54,658 bases of DNA from Archaeoglobaceae archaeon. Lineage in GTDB: Archaea > Halobacteriota > Archaeoglobi > Archaeoglobales > Archaeoglobaceae. The notes beneath the pieces were generated by a model, which saw nothing but the letters and a program-made list of their open reading frames with translations, ran no database searches and was not told the origin of the DNA. Below, one piece after another: positions 1 to 9,234 of the stretch (position 1 is the first letter of the stretch; each line of letters begins with the position of its first letter). The stretch is from NCBI GenBank assembly GCA_038893835.1, contig JAWAQR010000007.1:1-54658 (forward strand). The letters run 5' to 3'. A program made the position numbers and the translations under genes.

Positions 1-150
1 AAACGGAGCACTTCGCCAGGAAAGGCTGGAATTTGACTAAATTGATGTTTTATAAAATGAAAGATCTTCATTAATTATTAATAGTTAATTTAGATTTTAT
101 TTAAACTTTACAGAAAGAAATAAAAACAAAATGGTGTAAAATAATACTAA

Positions 151-223
151 GGGCTCGTAGTCTAGTGGTTATGACGTCGCCTTCACACGGCGAAGGTCCC
201 CGGTTCGAATCCGGGCGAGCCCA
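151..223 (+). tRNA. tRNA-Val(CAC)
   Basis: Cloverleaf: acceptor GGGCTCG/CGAGCCC, anticodon stem TCGCC/GGCGA with loop TT-CAC-AC, T arm CCCGG-TTCGAAT-CCGGG. No intron and no encoded CCA; followed by a T-run. Confidence 0.97.
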
Positions 224-225
224 TT

Positions 226-1074
226 TTATTTTAAAAACTTTAAAAGTATGCTGATTTCCTCTTCCACTTCTCTTTCAAGCTCCTTTATCTCATCATCGCT
301 CAAATGAAATCTCTTTTGCATTCTTATATATTCCATCAATGGAATTCTTTTCCCTTCAACGAACTTTCTCCCCACCTTCGACAATTCAAGCGTTCCATTT
401 TCATACTCGTAGAGAATCCAAGCTCCGCTCATGATCGCTAACCTAGCAACTTCTATCGTCTTGTTGCTTGGAAACTTCCAGCCGGGAGGGCATGGGCAAT
501 GAACATGGATGAATCTGAAACCATCCATTTTTCCAGCTTTTCTAAACTTTGCTCTAAGATCCTGAACATATCCCACGCTTGCAGTTGCCACATATCTCGC
601 GCGATGCGCAATTAAAATCATCCCAAGATTTCTCCTTCTAAATCTCTTCCCTCCCGGAGATGTCGTTGTAATTGCTCCAAATGGTGTGCTCAAACTAGCT
701 TGGGTTCCAGTATTCATATAAGCTTCATTATCAACGACTATCGCTATAATATCATCATTTCTGATCGCAGAAGCACTGAGAGAGGAAAAGCTTATATCCA
801 AAGCTCCGTCACCCATCCAAGCTATTACATTTGCTTTTACTCCTAACTTCTTATAAGCCTCGCTGAGGCCACAGGCTACTGATGGGGCCGATGCAAATGG
901 CACATGCACAACTGGCACTCTTAGCGCTGAATTTGGATGAAGCCCTGCTATTACAGTTGAACAACCAGCTGGCATGACGATTACGGGATTCTCAATCTCC
1001 TCAAGACATCTCATAGCCAAGGAAATTGGACATCCTTGGCAACTTGCATTTCCAGGGAGGATCATATAAACCAC
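226..1074 (-). CDS. porB: 2-oxoacid:ferredoxin oxidoreductase beta subunit (TPP-binding; POR/VOR type)
   Basis: SCQGC, GCSTV, GDG...DNEAYMNTGTQ TPP motif, HCPCPPGW. Substrate specificity (POR vs VOR) cannot be read from sequence. Confidence 0.88.
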   Translation of the reverse strand: MVYMILPGNASCQGCPISLAMRCLEEIENPVIVMPAGCSTVIAGLHPNSALRVPVVHVPFASAPSVACGLSEAYKKLGVKANVIAWMGDGALDISFSSLSASAIRNDDIIAIVVDNEAYMNTGTQASLSTPFGAITTTSPGGKRFRRRNLGMILIAHRARYVATASVGYVQDLRAKFRKAGKMDGFRFIHVHCPCPPGWKFPSNKTIEVARLAIMSGAWILYEYENGTLELSKVGRKFVEGKRIPLMEYIRMQKRFHLSDDEIKELEREVEEEISILLKFLK

Positions 1075-2132
1075 TCCACCTCTCCCAAATCTCCGCGAAC
1101 GAATCTCATGAAAATTCTATAGAAGTCATCAACTCCAACTTCCAATCCACCAATTCCAGCAACGACGTTCTTAGCATTTAAACCGCATGCCCTCACTTCC
1201 ATCCCAAGAACTCCAAAGATGTCCGAATTAGCTTTGTCTACGACCAAAACTTCGCAGTTTAGATTCTTTACCACATCCCTTGGAAATGGTCTCAGGAAAC
1301 GAAGTCTTAGAAGTCCTATCTTTATCCCTTCCTCCCTCAGCATGTCGATGGCATCCTTCGCATCCCCACACCATCCTCCAGCCATTACTACTACAAATTC
1401 AGCATCTTCCAACTTGTATTCCTCAACGAGCCCCCCATGATTTCCAAAATCTCTACTGCTTCTCTCTATTACCCTTGTAGCTCTTTCAAGATCTAGAGCT
1501 AAATCATACCTAGCCCTCATCCTCGCCTTGCCTAGAGTAACAGCGTTCACAGCTATTTCCTGCCCCGGCAATATGCGATAAGCCTGCCTTCTCTTCGGAA
1601 GACTTGGCCTCCAGACTTCAACGATTTCTGCAGTATGGCTCATTGTGAATGCATCGATTGCAACTGCAAATGGTATGTTGACTTCTTCACTCACATAAAA
1701 TGCTTGCAAAGTCATGTCAAAAGCTTCCTGTGCATTCTCGGCAATTCCTATGATCCATCCGGCATCTCTTAGAAGTACTATATCCGTGTGATCTCCGTGA
1801 ATGTTCCAGGGTGCACCAATTGAACGGGTTGCAACTGCCATTACCGCAGGTAGTCTTGAACCAGCGATCCACCAACACATCTCCAGCATGTAAACCAATC
1901 CGTGACTCGAAGTTGCTGTGAAAACCCTCGCTCCAGCACTTGCAGCTCCATGAATTACTGCCATAGCCGAATGCTCTGATTCGACACAGATGAATTTCGA
2001 TTTAAGCTCACCTCTTTCAACCATCTCTGCCAGTCTCTCAACTATTGGAGATTGTGGTGTGATTGGATATGCGGCAATAATATCTGGTTCAGCAATCTTT
2101 ACAGCTTCAGCAATAGCTTCGTTGCTCGTCAA
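1062..2132 (-). CDS. porA: 2-oxoacid:ferredoxin oxidoreductase alpha subunit
   Basis: NEAIAEA, AYPITPQ, ESEHSA, TATSSHG motifs. No ATG near the expected N-terminus; TTG at 2132 (overlapping the porD stop) chosen, GTG at 2171 is an alternative. Confidence 0.88.
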   Translation of the reverse strand: MTSNEAIAEAVKIAEPDIIAAYPITPQSPIVERLAEMVERGELKSKFICVESEHSAMAVIHGAASAGARVFTATSSHGLVYMLEMCWWIAGSRLPAVMAVATRSIGAPWNIHGDHTDIVLLRDAGWIIGIAENAQEAFDMTLQAFYVSEEVNIPFAVAIDAFTMSHTAEIVEVWRPSLPKRRQAYRILPGQEIAVNAVTLGKARMRARYDLALDLERATRVIERSSRDFGNHGGLVEEYKLEDAEFVVVMAGGWCGDAKDAIDMLREEGIKIGLLRLRFLRPFPRDVVKNLNCEVLVVDKANSDIFGVLGMEVRACGLNAKNVVAGIGGLEVGVDDFYRIFMRFVRGDLGEVEWFI

Positions 2133-2371
2133 TAGTCTTCTGGAACCATTTTTATAGCCTTCTGTTTGCACATCTCTCCGCAAATTCCACACCCCTTACA
2201 AAACTCGTAATCCACTTTCCCTTCCCTTATCACTCCTTCAGGGCAATAGAGTGTGCAGATGCCACATTTGATGCACAGCAACTCTTCAACAACCGGCCTA
2301 TACACTCTCCAGCTTCCTGTTATCCCAGCAGACCCAATCTTTGCCCTTGAAATAATTGGTTCTAAATCCAT
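2129..2371 (-). CDS. porD: 2-oxoacid:ferredoxin oxidoreductase delta subunit (2x[4Fe-4S])
   Basis: TGSWRVYRP, CIKCGICTLYCP, DYEFCKGCGIC. Confidence 0.92.
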   Translation of the reverse strand: MDLEPIISRAKIGSAGITGSWRVYRPVVEELLCIKCGICTLYCPEGVIREGKVDYEFCKGCGICGEMCKQKAIKMVPEDY

Positions 2372-2877
2372 TTTACCACCTCATAAGCCTCTTTCGCCGC
2401 CATACAGCTTTTTTCAGCTTTCTCTCCAAGTTCAATGCGAATTGCTTTAATTAAATTTTCCAACTCTATCCCTATAGCCCTTGCTATCGCTCCACTCATT
2501 GGGGCACTCAATATTGCCCATCCTGCGTTAACCAAGTCATGTTTTTTAGCAATTGAAGTTGCATCGACATAAAAAGTTCTTTCACCAATTTTCATTGGAC
2601 CTCTCGCATTTAAAATCACAGTCCCACTGAAGTTCACGATCTCTATTCCTTTATCGAAGATCGCAATGAAGTTCGGATTTTTTATAGAAGACCTCCTCCT
2701 TATCTGCTTGTCAGAAATTCTTAGATAAGTTTGAACCCTTGCCCCCCTTCTCTCAGGCCCAAACTGTGGAATTGCCTGTGTATAGAAGCCCTGAATCATC
2801 GCAGCAGTGGCAAGGAACTTTGCAGCAGTAACTCCTCCTTGGCCTCCACGAGAATGAATTATCATCTCAACCAGCAC
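2362..2877 (-). CDS. porG: 2-oxoacid:ferredoxin oxidoreductase gamma subunit
   Basis: HSRGGQGGVTA, FGPERRGA, VDATSIA. Confidence 0.9.
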   Translation of the reverse strand: MLVEMIIHSRGGQGGVTAAKFLATAAMIQGFYTQAIPQFGPERRGARVQTYLRISDKQIRRRSSIKNPNFIAIFDKGIEIVNFSGTVILNARGPMKIGERTFYVDATSIAKKHDLVNAGWAILSAPMSGAIARAIGIELENLIKAIRIELGEKAEKSCMAAKEAYEVVKWI

Positions 2878-2919
2878 AGAGTTTCGGGGGGTTGCAAATT
2901 AAAATAAATTGCGCTATTT

Positions 2920-3603
2920 TTAAAGTATCTCAGCTTCCTCGTAAACTACTATCCCCTTATTTGTTATCACATAAGGTTTTGGCTTTCTTAAATGCGCAAT
3001 TCCACGCATTTTTACAACTTCAAGACCGAGTGTTGGCTCATCTAGTTCGCTTTTTCTTACCATTTTCAGGCAAATCAATCCATCACAAATGTATTCCAGA
3101 ATTCCGTATTTTGAGCTGGTTGGTATGAACTTGTCAGCCTCACTGGTAATAATGGCCGTGATTCCAGCAGATTTTATAATCCTCCTCAGCGTTGAAAGTA
3201 TCTGATATCTTCCAGAATCGTTAAAAAGAGTTTCAAGAACACTTATTGAATCCACGAACAATCTGCTAACTTTCAAGTTCCTGATCAATTCAGGTAAGTC
3301 GCTTTCAATTCTTTCAAAACTCTTCTTGAACTTTATCGCCTCAAGTCTCATTATTTCAAGATTTTCTTTAAATTTTTCCAGATCCATTCCAACGCTTTTA
3401 GCATTTACAATTATACTCTCCTCATCTTCATCGAAACTTATTATTGCACATCTCTCTCCGTTTTTTAAACCCTCGTAAATGAAGTGAATTCCTAGAATCG
3501 TTTTTCCAGTTCCATAGCTTCCAACAACTGCTACAACATGTCCTCTCGGTATACCACCACCAAGGAGCGAATCGAGTCCAGCGATTCCGGTGGATAGCTT
3601 CAT
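2920..3603 (-). CDS. KaiC-like/RAD55-family single-domain ATPase
   Basis: STGIAGLD, Walker A GSYGTGKT, SFDE, Walker B FVDS, EYICDG, VVKMRG. Confidence 0.9.
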   Translation of the reverse strand: MKLSTGIAGLDSLLGGGIPRGHVVAVVGSYGTGKTILGIHFIYEGLKNGERCAIISFDEDEESIIVNAKSVGMDLEKFKENLEIMRLEAIKFKKSFERIESDLPELIRNLKVSRLFVDSISVLETLFNDSGRYQILSTLRRIIKSAGITAIITSEADKFIPTSSKYGILEYICDGLICLKMVRKSELDEPTLGLEVVKMRGIAHLRKPKPYVITNKGIVVYEEAEIL

Positions 3604-4334
3604 AGGACCCTTATTATTTTAGAAATAGTAAAACCTTTTGCAGGGTCTATTTTTATGCTATATTTGACTATTCTATCCCTTTCAAGTATCGGAACGACCC
3701 CCAGCATTTTTCTGAAATACATCCACTTTGTGATTGTATCCCTTTCCACCAAAAACTCAAAGACTATTACACCATCCGAGACTTCAAAGAGCTCTTCCTC
3801 AAGACCTCTTTCAAGCACCTTTGCAGTGAGCAGAGTGAGAAAGAGAACTTTCCTTTTTATGCAGACCGACTTAAAACCTTTGAGAATATCTATTATCGCA
3901 TTCCAGCCCATCTTTTTTACAACTCTTGCAAGATCCGTGAGAGAGTCGAGAAAAACTATGCCCTCAAGCCCATCAAATACTTCAACGAGTTTCGATAGAA
4001 TGTTCTTTTCATCCTTCAGAATCTTCAGATAGCTGGTATCTGAAATCCACTTCATTGGAACGATCGAATCCTTGAAGTAATACTCCGCAAGGCTTACTAT
4101 ATTCATTTCCACTCTCTTTTTTAATTCCGGAAAAGATAACTCTATTTCCCTCCTCACTTCCTCAACAGTCTTTGATATTGCAATATAGTTTAAAGGAAAC
4201 TTACCCGAATTGTTTAGGAGAAAAGAGAGAGCAAATTCTTTCCCACCTGCGCCACTCTCTTCATAGAGTATAATGAGACCTTCGTGAAATCCACCTATTT
4301 GACTGTCCAGCACTTCTATACCACTTGGAATCAA
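3600..4334 (-). CDS. KaiC-like/RecA-fold protein with degenerate Walker A
   Basis: IPSGIEVLD N-terminus, EESGAGGKEF in place of GxxGxGKT, FLDSLTD, SDGVIVF, RKMLG. Confidence 0.8.
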   Translation of the reverse strand: MIPSGIEVLDSQIGGFHEGLIILYEESGAGGKEFALSFLLNNSGKFPLNYIAISKTVEEVRREIELSFPELKKRVEMNIVSLAEYYFKDSIVPMKWISDTSYLKILKDEKNILSKLVEVFDGLEGIVFLDSLTDLARVVKKMGWNAIIDILKGFKSVCIKRKVLFLTLLTAKVLERGLEEELFEVSDGVIVFEFLVERDTITKWMYFRKMLGVVPILERDRIVKYSIKIDPAKGFTISKIIRVL

Positions 4335-4888
4335 GCTTCTATCACCTCATCACACATCAGAGTTATCTGTGAGTAATAAGTTTCATCCATCTCTTTTTCT
4401 AGCGTAAATATCGTCCCTATAAAGCCTCTAATTCTCATCTTTCCAGTTATCTGCCTAAGAAACTTTATAAGAGTCTCGAAAGATTTGTAGAGAGAGATGG
4501 TTGAAAGAGAATCTATGTATATGAACCTGTTGTTGTGAGTTATCAAATCCATAGCTCTTTCAATCGTGATTTGAAGTTGAACCGGATCTGGAGAAGTGAG
4601 GTAAAAACATTTATCTGGATCCACAGTTTTTCCGCCGACTTGCAAGGTTATGCAGTCTATGAAATACATTTTTTCCAGATGCACCCCTTCTTTTCCCAAA
4701 ATCTTCTTTAAGCTGAAGTATGGTTTGTTCAGAGTGACATAAATACCCTCCGCAAACTCCGAGAAAAACTTTAGAATTTCTATGCTAACTTTCACATAGT
4801 TTTTTGCATCAACCTTTACCAAAATTATCTCCGCCCCTTTCTCTATCGCTCTCTTAATCTTCTCCGCTAGGCTTGGGCTTGTATTCAT
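4331..4888 (-). CDS. Inactive KaiC-like/RecA-fold protein (no P-loop)
   Basis: YVTLNKP, YFIDC, IYIDSLST and CDEVIE follow the KaiC-like strand order; start uncertain (4888 or 4912). Confidence 0.65.
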   Translation of the reverse strand: MNTSPSLAEKIKRAIEKGAEIILVKVDAKNYVKVSIEILKFFSEFAEGIYVTLNKPYFSLKKILGKEGVHLEKMYFIDCITLQVGGKTVDPDKCFYLTSPDPVQLQITIERAMDLITHNNRFIYIDSLSTISLYKSFETLIKFLRQITGKMRIRGFIGTIFTLEKEMDETYYSQITLMCDEVIEA

Positions 4889-5576
4889 AGTCTTTCTTAA
4901 CGTACCATCCATCTTTGATGATTATTCCATCGTTTGTAATTTCATACGGGAACCACTCAAGCGGATGCGCACTTCTATACTTCTTCAAAATCCTCATAGC
5001 TCTAATATATCCTTCAGGAACTCTAAGAATATCCATCAATATGACTGTTTCAGCAAAATTTTTCGTATCCGGCCATGGTCCGTACATTGGAGTTTCTTCT
5101 ACCCAAAGAGTCGTGAATTCATATTTATAAGCCAAGTCCGCCATATACCTTATCGCTCTTCGATAAAGAACTACATCTGCAAGTGTTTTTTCCAAATCTG
5201 TGCAGGAGTCAAAGATAACTCTATCCACATCCTCACCTTTCATTCCATAGACAGCTTCAAGAGCTTCCTTTATTTTTTCCTTGGTGAGGGGAAGAATGTA
5301 TTTTGGTTCTATCCTTATGAAACGCCAATGAATTTTATCATAAACGTCTTTCATAAAGCTGAAGGTAGCTAAATAATTTCTGCAGTTGTACTTGTTCATG
5401 GTCGTGGAAATGTAAATCACGTTTTCCCCATTCTTTACACCTTCTGCTGCCCAGTGGGCTGCCAGAATCGTTTTTCCTATACCACTCCTCCCAGCAATAA
5501 GACTGATCGTGTTTCTATCGAGTCCGCCTCCAAGATACTCATCGAGCTTTGGTATGCCAAATCTTGCATAATCCAT
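4854..5576 (-). CDS. KaiC-like/RAD55-family ATPase
   Basis: FGIPKLD..GGG, Walker A GRSGIGKT, VIFDS, ILKKYRSAH. Confidence 0.85.
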   Translation of the reverse strand: MDYARFGIPKLDEYLGGGLDRNTISLIAGRSGIGKTILAAHWAAEGVKNGENVIYISTTMNKYNCRNYLATFSFMKDVYDKIHWRFIRIEPKYILPLTKEKIKEALEAVYGMKGEDVDRVIFDSCTDLEKTLADVVLYRRAIRYMADLAYKYEFTTLWVEETPMYGPWPDTKNFAETVILMDILRVPEGYIRAMRILKKYRSAHPLEWFPYEITNDGIIIKDGWYVKKDYEYKPKPSGED

Positions 5577-5655
5577 AGCTAAAATTCATCCCTCAAAATT
5601 TAAATTTTACTTTCAAAATTGAAAGAAGCTTATAAGCCCTAAGCATACGAACTTC

Positions 5656-5826
5656 ATGCCTGCTGTGGTGGACAAGTTGAAATGTGACGGATGTGGAACT
5701 TGCGTTGACGAGTGTCCAGTTGGGGCAATAGAGCTCAACGATTACGCAGTAGTAGATGCGGAAATTTGCACGGAATGTGGAAGCTGTGTTGACGTTTGTC
5801 CAAACGAGGCGATTAGCCTTGAGTAG
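5656..5826 (+). CDS. 2x[4Fe-4S] ferredoxin (56 aa, missed by the ORF track)
   Basis: Manual translation MPAVVDKLKCDGCGTCVDECPVGAIELNDYAVVDAEICTECGSCVDVCPNEAISLE shows two CxxCxxCxxxCP motifs; TATA-like TTATAA lies upstream. Confidence 0.95.
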   Translation: MPAVVDKLKCDGCGTCVDECPVGAIELNDYAVVDAEICTECGSCVDVCPNEAISLE

Positions 5827-6715
5827 CGTCATAGGTTTTGGGGCTCTAAATCTGGACAAGATCTATAAGGTCGATAAAATTCCCAAAGCTGATGAAGAGG
5901 GATTTGTGAGGGATTTGCAGATATTTCCCGGTGGAAGTGCAGCGAATACCATCGTTGGTCTTGCTAGATTGGGGATTAAGACAGCTTACATAGGCAAAGT
6001 CGGCGATGATGCAGAAGGTAGAATTTTGCTTGAAGATCTAGAAAGGGAAGGTGTGAGCACAGAAGCTGTTATCAAGGCAAAGGGAAGAAGTGGGACTGCG
6101 ATGATTTTCGTCGACGACAACGGAAATAGAGCGATTTTAGTCGATCCCGGAGTAAATGACACGATTAGATATGATGAAATAGATTTAGATTTTGCACTCA
6201 AACATTCCTTGATCCATCTAACATCTTTTATATGCAAAAACGGCTTCGATTCCTTTGAATCGCAGAAAAAAATAGTGAATGAATTTGAGCTTGTCAGCTT
6301 CGATCCAGGATTGCCGTATGCTGAGAGGGGAAAGAAAGAGATGATGCCAATATTAAAGAGAACGACGATTTTCCTTCCGAACAAGGTAGAAATAGAAAAG
6401 ATGTTTGAACTTGACTATAAAAGTGCAGCTGAAGAGTGTATTTCAATGGGTATCGAAGTTGTTGTTGTTAAGCTTGGAGAAAAAGGGTGCTGGATTAAGA
6501 GTAAGAAAGAGGAGCTTTTTGTTCCTACCTTTAAAGTTAACGTCATAGACACAACTGGTGCAGGTGATGCTTTTAATTCAGGCTTTCTCTATGGTTATCT
6601 GAAGGGAAAAGATCTAGAAAAGTGTGGAAAACTTGGAAATTATGTCGCTTCACTCTGCATTCAACAAATAGGTGCAAGAACTGGATTACCAAAGTCTTTA
6701 CCAATAGATTTTTAA
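5819..6715 (+). CDS. PfkB-family carbohydrate/nucleoside kinase
   Basis: GALNLD, PGGSAAN, GKVGDD, NKVE, DTTGAGDAFNSG. TTG start at 5819 overlaps the ferredoxin end. Confidence 0.9.
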   Translation: MSSVIGFGALNLDKIYKVDKIPKADEEGFVRDLQIFPGGSAANTIVGLARLGIKTAYIGKVGDDAEGRILLEDLEREGVSTEAVIKAKGRSGTAMIFVDDNGNRAILVDPGVNDTIRYDEIDLDFALKHSLIHLTSFICKNGFDSFESQKKIVNEFELVSFDPGLPYAERGKKEMMPILKRTTIFLPNKVEIEKMFELDYKSAAEECISMGIEVVVVKLGEKGCWIKSKKEELFVPTFKVNVIDTTGAGDAFNSGFLYGYLKGKDLEKCGKLGNYVASLCIQQIGARTGLPKSLPIDF

Positions 6716-6721
6716 ACAACC

Positions 6722-8059
6722 ATGGCATTAAGTTTCATGCGTCAAATTTTATTTCTGCTATTCCTCATTCCAGCAAGTGCGCTTACTGTAAGTTATGAAG
6801 TTACGCCAGAAATCGTGCTACCAAATGGATATGCAGATTGCGTTGTAAAAATAGTGAACGATGAAGTGAATGAAGTGAAGATAAACTCGATATCATTCCT
6901 TTCAAGTAGCGTGGAAGTTACACCAAATCATGTCGCTGTTGGCAAATTAGGGCCAAAGAGTATTTATACTCTAAAAGTTTCCATGAAACCCAATCTAGTT
7001 GGCAGACAGATCGTTGAGATGTTCATTTCCGGTGAGAACTTCACGATTTCCCAGCCCATAGAAATCCTAGTTGACGATAAGTTTCCAGAAATAGCGATAT
7101 CTTCACCCCTCTATAAGGGAGAAGTGAAGAATGTAACTCTCCTTCTCTCTTCCCCTGTTTTGCTGAACAACGTTAGAGTCGAGGCAATGTTCAACGCAAC
7201 TCCAAGTATATTTTTATTCCCAATTCTTAGCGGGGCAGTGCAATTCAATCTCAGATTTGGCGAAGATTTAGATGAACTTCGCTTTAAAATCTCCTTTTAC
7301 AATGGAAAAAGTTATCATGAGATTGAAAGATCCATAAAGACCAGTTACATCCCATCGAAAGGAATTCTAACGAATTTACAAATCTCGAAAAACATTCTTT
7401 ACTTAGGAGAGGCTGTGAATATTTCTATTGAGATAACGAATCTGAGAAACGACGAAGTTTATGACATCGAAGTAATAGCTTCGGGCAAGGGTAAATTCTC
7501 CCACGATTATAGAAAAATAGAGAAACTTGGAGCTGGAGAAAAAAGGGTTTTGAACTTCACTTTTAGCCCAAGAGAAAATGGAGACGTGGATGTGGAAGTT
7601 CTTATATGCTACAGAGACTATTTTGGTCAGAGATATGAAAAGAAGGAGAAAATTTCGTTAACAGTTTTGGAAAGCGAAGTACTACAAATCACAAATCTGA
7701 GAGAAGAAGGTTTTATTGGTAAACTTAGACTTTCAGGAGATGTAATAAACTATGGGCACACAAGAGTCATGGGTGTAGTAATTTCAGCCATATGCAACGA
7801 GAGCAAAACGGATTACTTAATAGGAAAAATCGAGGCAAATGATTATGAGACTTTCGACTTGGAAACGAATTGTGGTGAAATCCTTCTAAAGTTGAGCTGG
7901 TGGAATGAGGCAGGAGATAGCTTTTCCAAGTTTGAGGTTATAAAAAGGAGGATTTTACCCGAAACGGGAAAATCAACGGCACCAATGGTTATAGCCACAA
8001 CCTCTGCCATTGCTGTGATCGTGCTTGTAATCTATATAATTTTACGCTCAAGAAAGTGA
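6722..8059 (+). CDS. Secreted, membrane-anchored S-layer/CARDB-like Ig-fold protein (COG1361-like)
   Basis: Signal peptide, repeated beta-rich modules (ITN...VYDIEV...KLGAGE), C-terminal TM helix with basic tail; precedes an ABC permease. Confidence 0.7.
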   Translation: MALSFMRQILFLLFLIPASALTVSYEVTPEIVLPNGYADCVVKIVNDEVNEVKINSISFLSSSVEVTPNHVAVGKLGPKSIYTLKVSMKPNLVGRQIVEMFISGENFTISQPIEILVDDKFPEIAISSPLYKGEVKNVTLLLSSPVLLNNVRVEAMFNATPSIFLFPILSGAVQFNLRFGEDLDELRFKISFYNGKSYHEIERSIKTSYIPSKGILTNLQISKNILYLGEAVNISIEITNLRNDEVYDIEVIASGKGKFSHDYRKIEKLGAGEKRVLNFTFSPRENGDVDVEVLICYRDYFGQRYEKKEKISLTVLESEVLQITNLREEGFIGKLRLSGDVINYGHTRVMGVVISAICNESKTDYLIGKIEANDYETFDLETNCGEILLKLSWWNEAGDSFSKFEVIKRRILPETGKSTAPMVIATTSAIAVIVLVIYIILRSRK

Positions 8060-8060
8060 T

Positions 8061-9185
8061 ATGTTCATCGAGTTGGCAAAGAGAAATCTTCAGAGAACAA
8101 AAGTTAGAAGTATTTTGGCAATCGTTGGAATCTTGATTGGTGTAATGGCAATCTCAGCTATAGGGATCTTTGGTGAAAGTTTGAAATCCGCAGTTCTAGA
8201 GAATTTTAAGGATGTTGCCAACGAGATTATTGTAACACCGAACTATCAGAGAGGTTACAGATACCTAGAAGAGAAGGATATCGATAGAATAAAAAAGATT
8301 CCAGGAATCGAAAGAGTTGTGACAGTCAAAAGTGATTATTTACTTGTAGAATTAAAGAATCAGAAGACATACGCAACCGTTTATGGTTTAAAGGAAGAAG
8401 ACGTAAAAGCAATGTTCAAGGTTGAAAAAGGTGTCATAGATTTGGACAGGGGTTGTGTTGTTGGTAACTCTTTTGCAAGAATTTTTGAACTAAAAGTTGG
8501 ATCTAGAATTTTCATTCAGAACAAAGAATTAAAAATTTCGGGTATTTTAGAAGATACTGGAATTAGATACGATATAAATCCAAATCTGGCAGTAATAGTT
8601 TCAGATAACATGTTTTCAACGATTTCAGATTCTGGATATTCAAGTCTTATTGTAAAGGTTAAGACACTAGAAGAAGTTGCGAAGGTTAAGAGGGAAATAG
8701 AGAATAGAATAAACGCCAAAGAAGAAAAAGTATACGTTTTTGAAATGAAGAGAATTCTCGATAGGATCAGCCAAGCGTTTAATCAAATAAATCTATTCCT
8801 AATGGCCATTGCAAGCGTTTCTTTGCTGGTTGCTGGTGTGAGCATTCTGAACATCATGCTGATGTCAACGATAGAAAGGACAAAGGAAATAGGAGTTATG
8901 AGGGCAATAGGTGCTAGCAGGACTACAATTCTTAAAATCTTTTTGTTAGAAGCCCTAATTCTTGGAACGATTGGTAGCTTTGCAGGTAGCATTTTGAGCG
9001 TAGTTGCCGGATATGGGATAAACTATCTCATTCTTCGGGAAACTAAATTTATATTTCAGTTTGCGACATTAGGATACATCTTTCTCGGCTTTGCCATAGG
9101 AGTTGGAACCTCTGTGCTCAGTGGCCTTTATCCAGCTTGGAAAGCAAGCAGACTTGAACCCATAGAAGCTCTCAGATTTGAATAA
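8061..9185 (+). CDS. ABC transporter permease, MacB/FtsX family
   Basis: RSILAIVGILIGV, ERTKEIGVMRAIGA, GLYPAWKASRLEPIEALR. Confidence 0.92.
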   Translation: MFIELAKRNLQRTKVRSILAIVGILIGVMAISAIGIFGESLKSAVLENFKDVANEIIVTPNYQRGYRYLEEKDIDRIKKIPGIERVVTVKSDYLLVELKNQKTYATVYGLKEEDVKAMFKVEKGVIDLDRGCVVGNSFARIFELKVGSRIFIQNKELKISGILEDTGIRYDINPNLAVIVSDNMFSTISDSGYSSLIVKVKTLEEVAKVKREIENRINAKEEKVYVFEMKRILDRISQAFNQINLFLMAIASVSLLVAGVSILNIMLMSTIERTKEIGVMRAIGASRTTILKIFLLEALILGTIGSFAGSILSVVAGYGINYLILRETKFIFQFATLGYIFLGFAIGVGTSVLSGLYPAWKASRLEPIEALRFE

Positions 9186-9234
9186 ATAATCTCAATTCAG
9201 AAAAAACTATATTTAGCGGCTCAAATTCTGGGCT

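Noticed and set aside
1-75. Possible 3' end of an upstream CDS
   Set aside because: Two frames are open briefly and neither has a recognisable motif, so the frame cannot be assigned
5611-5624. TTTCAA-N-TTGAAA palindrome here and near 54063 as a shared operator
   Set aside because: The spacers differ (2 vs 1 nt), the sequence is AT-rich, and it overlaps BRE-like GAAA, so chance is likely
5756-5818. N-terminal extension of the PfkB ORF in the track
   Set aside because: It overlaps the real ferredoxin gene in another frame; kinase homology starts near 5819
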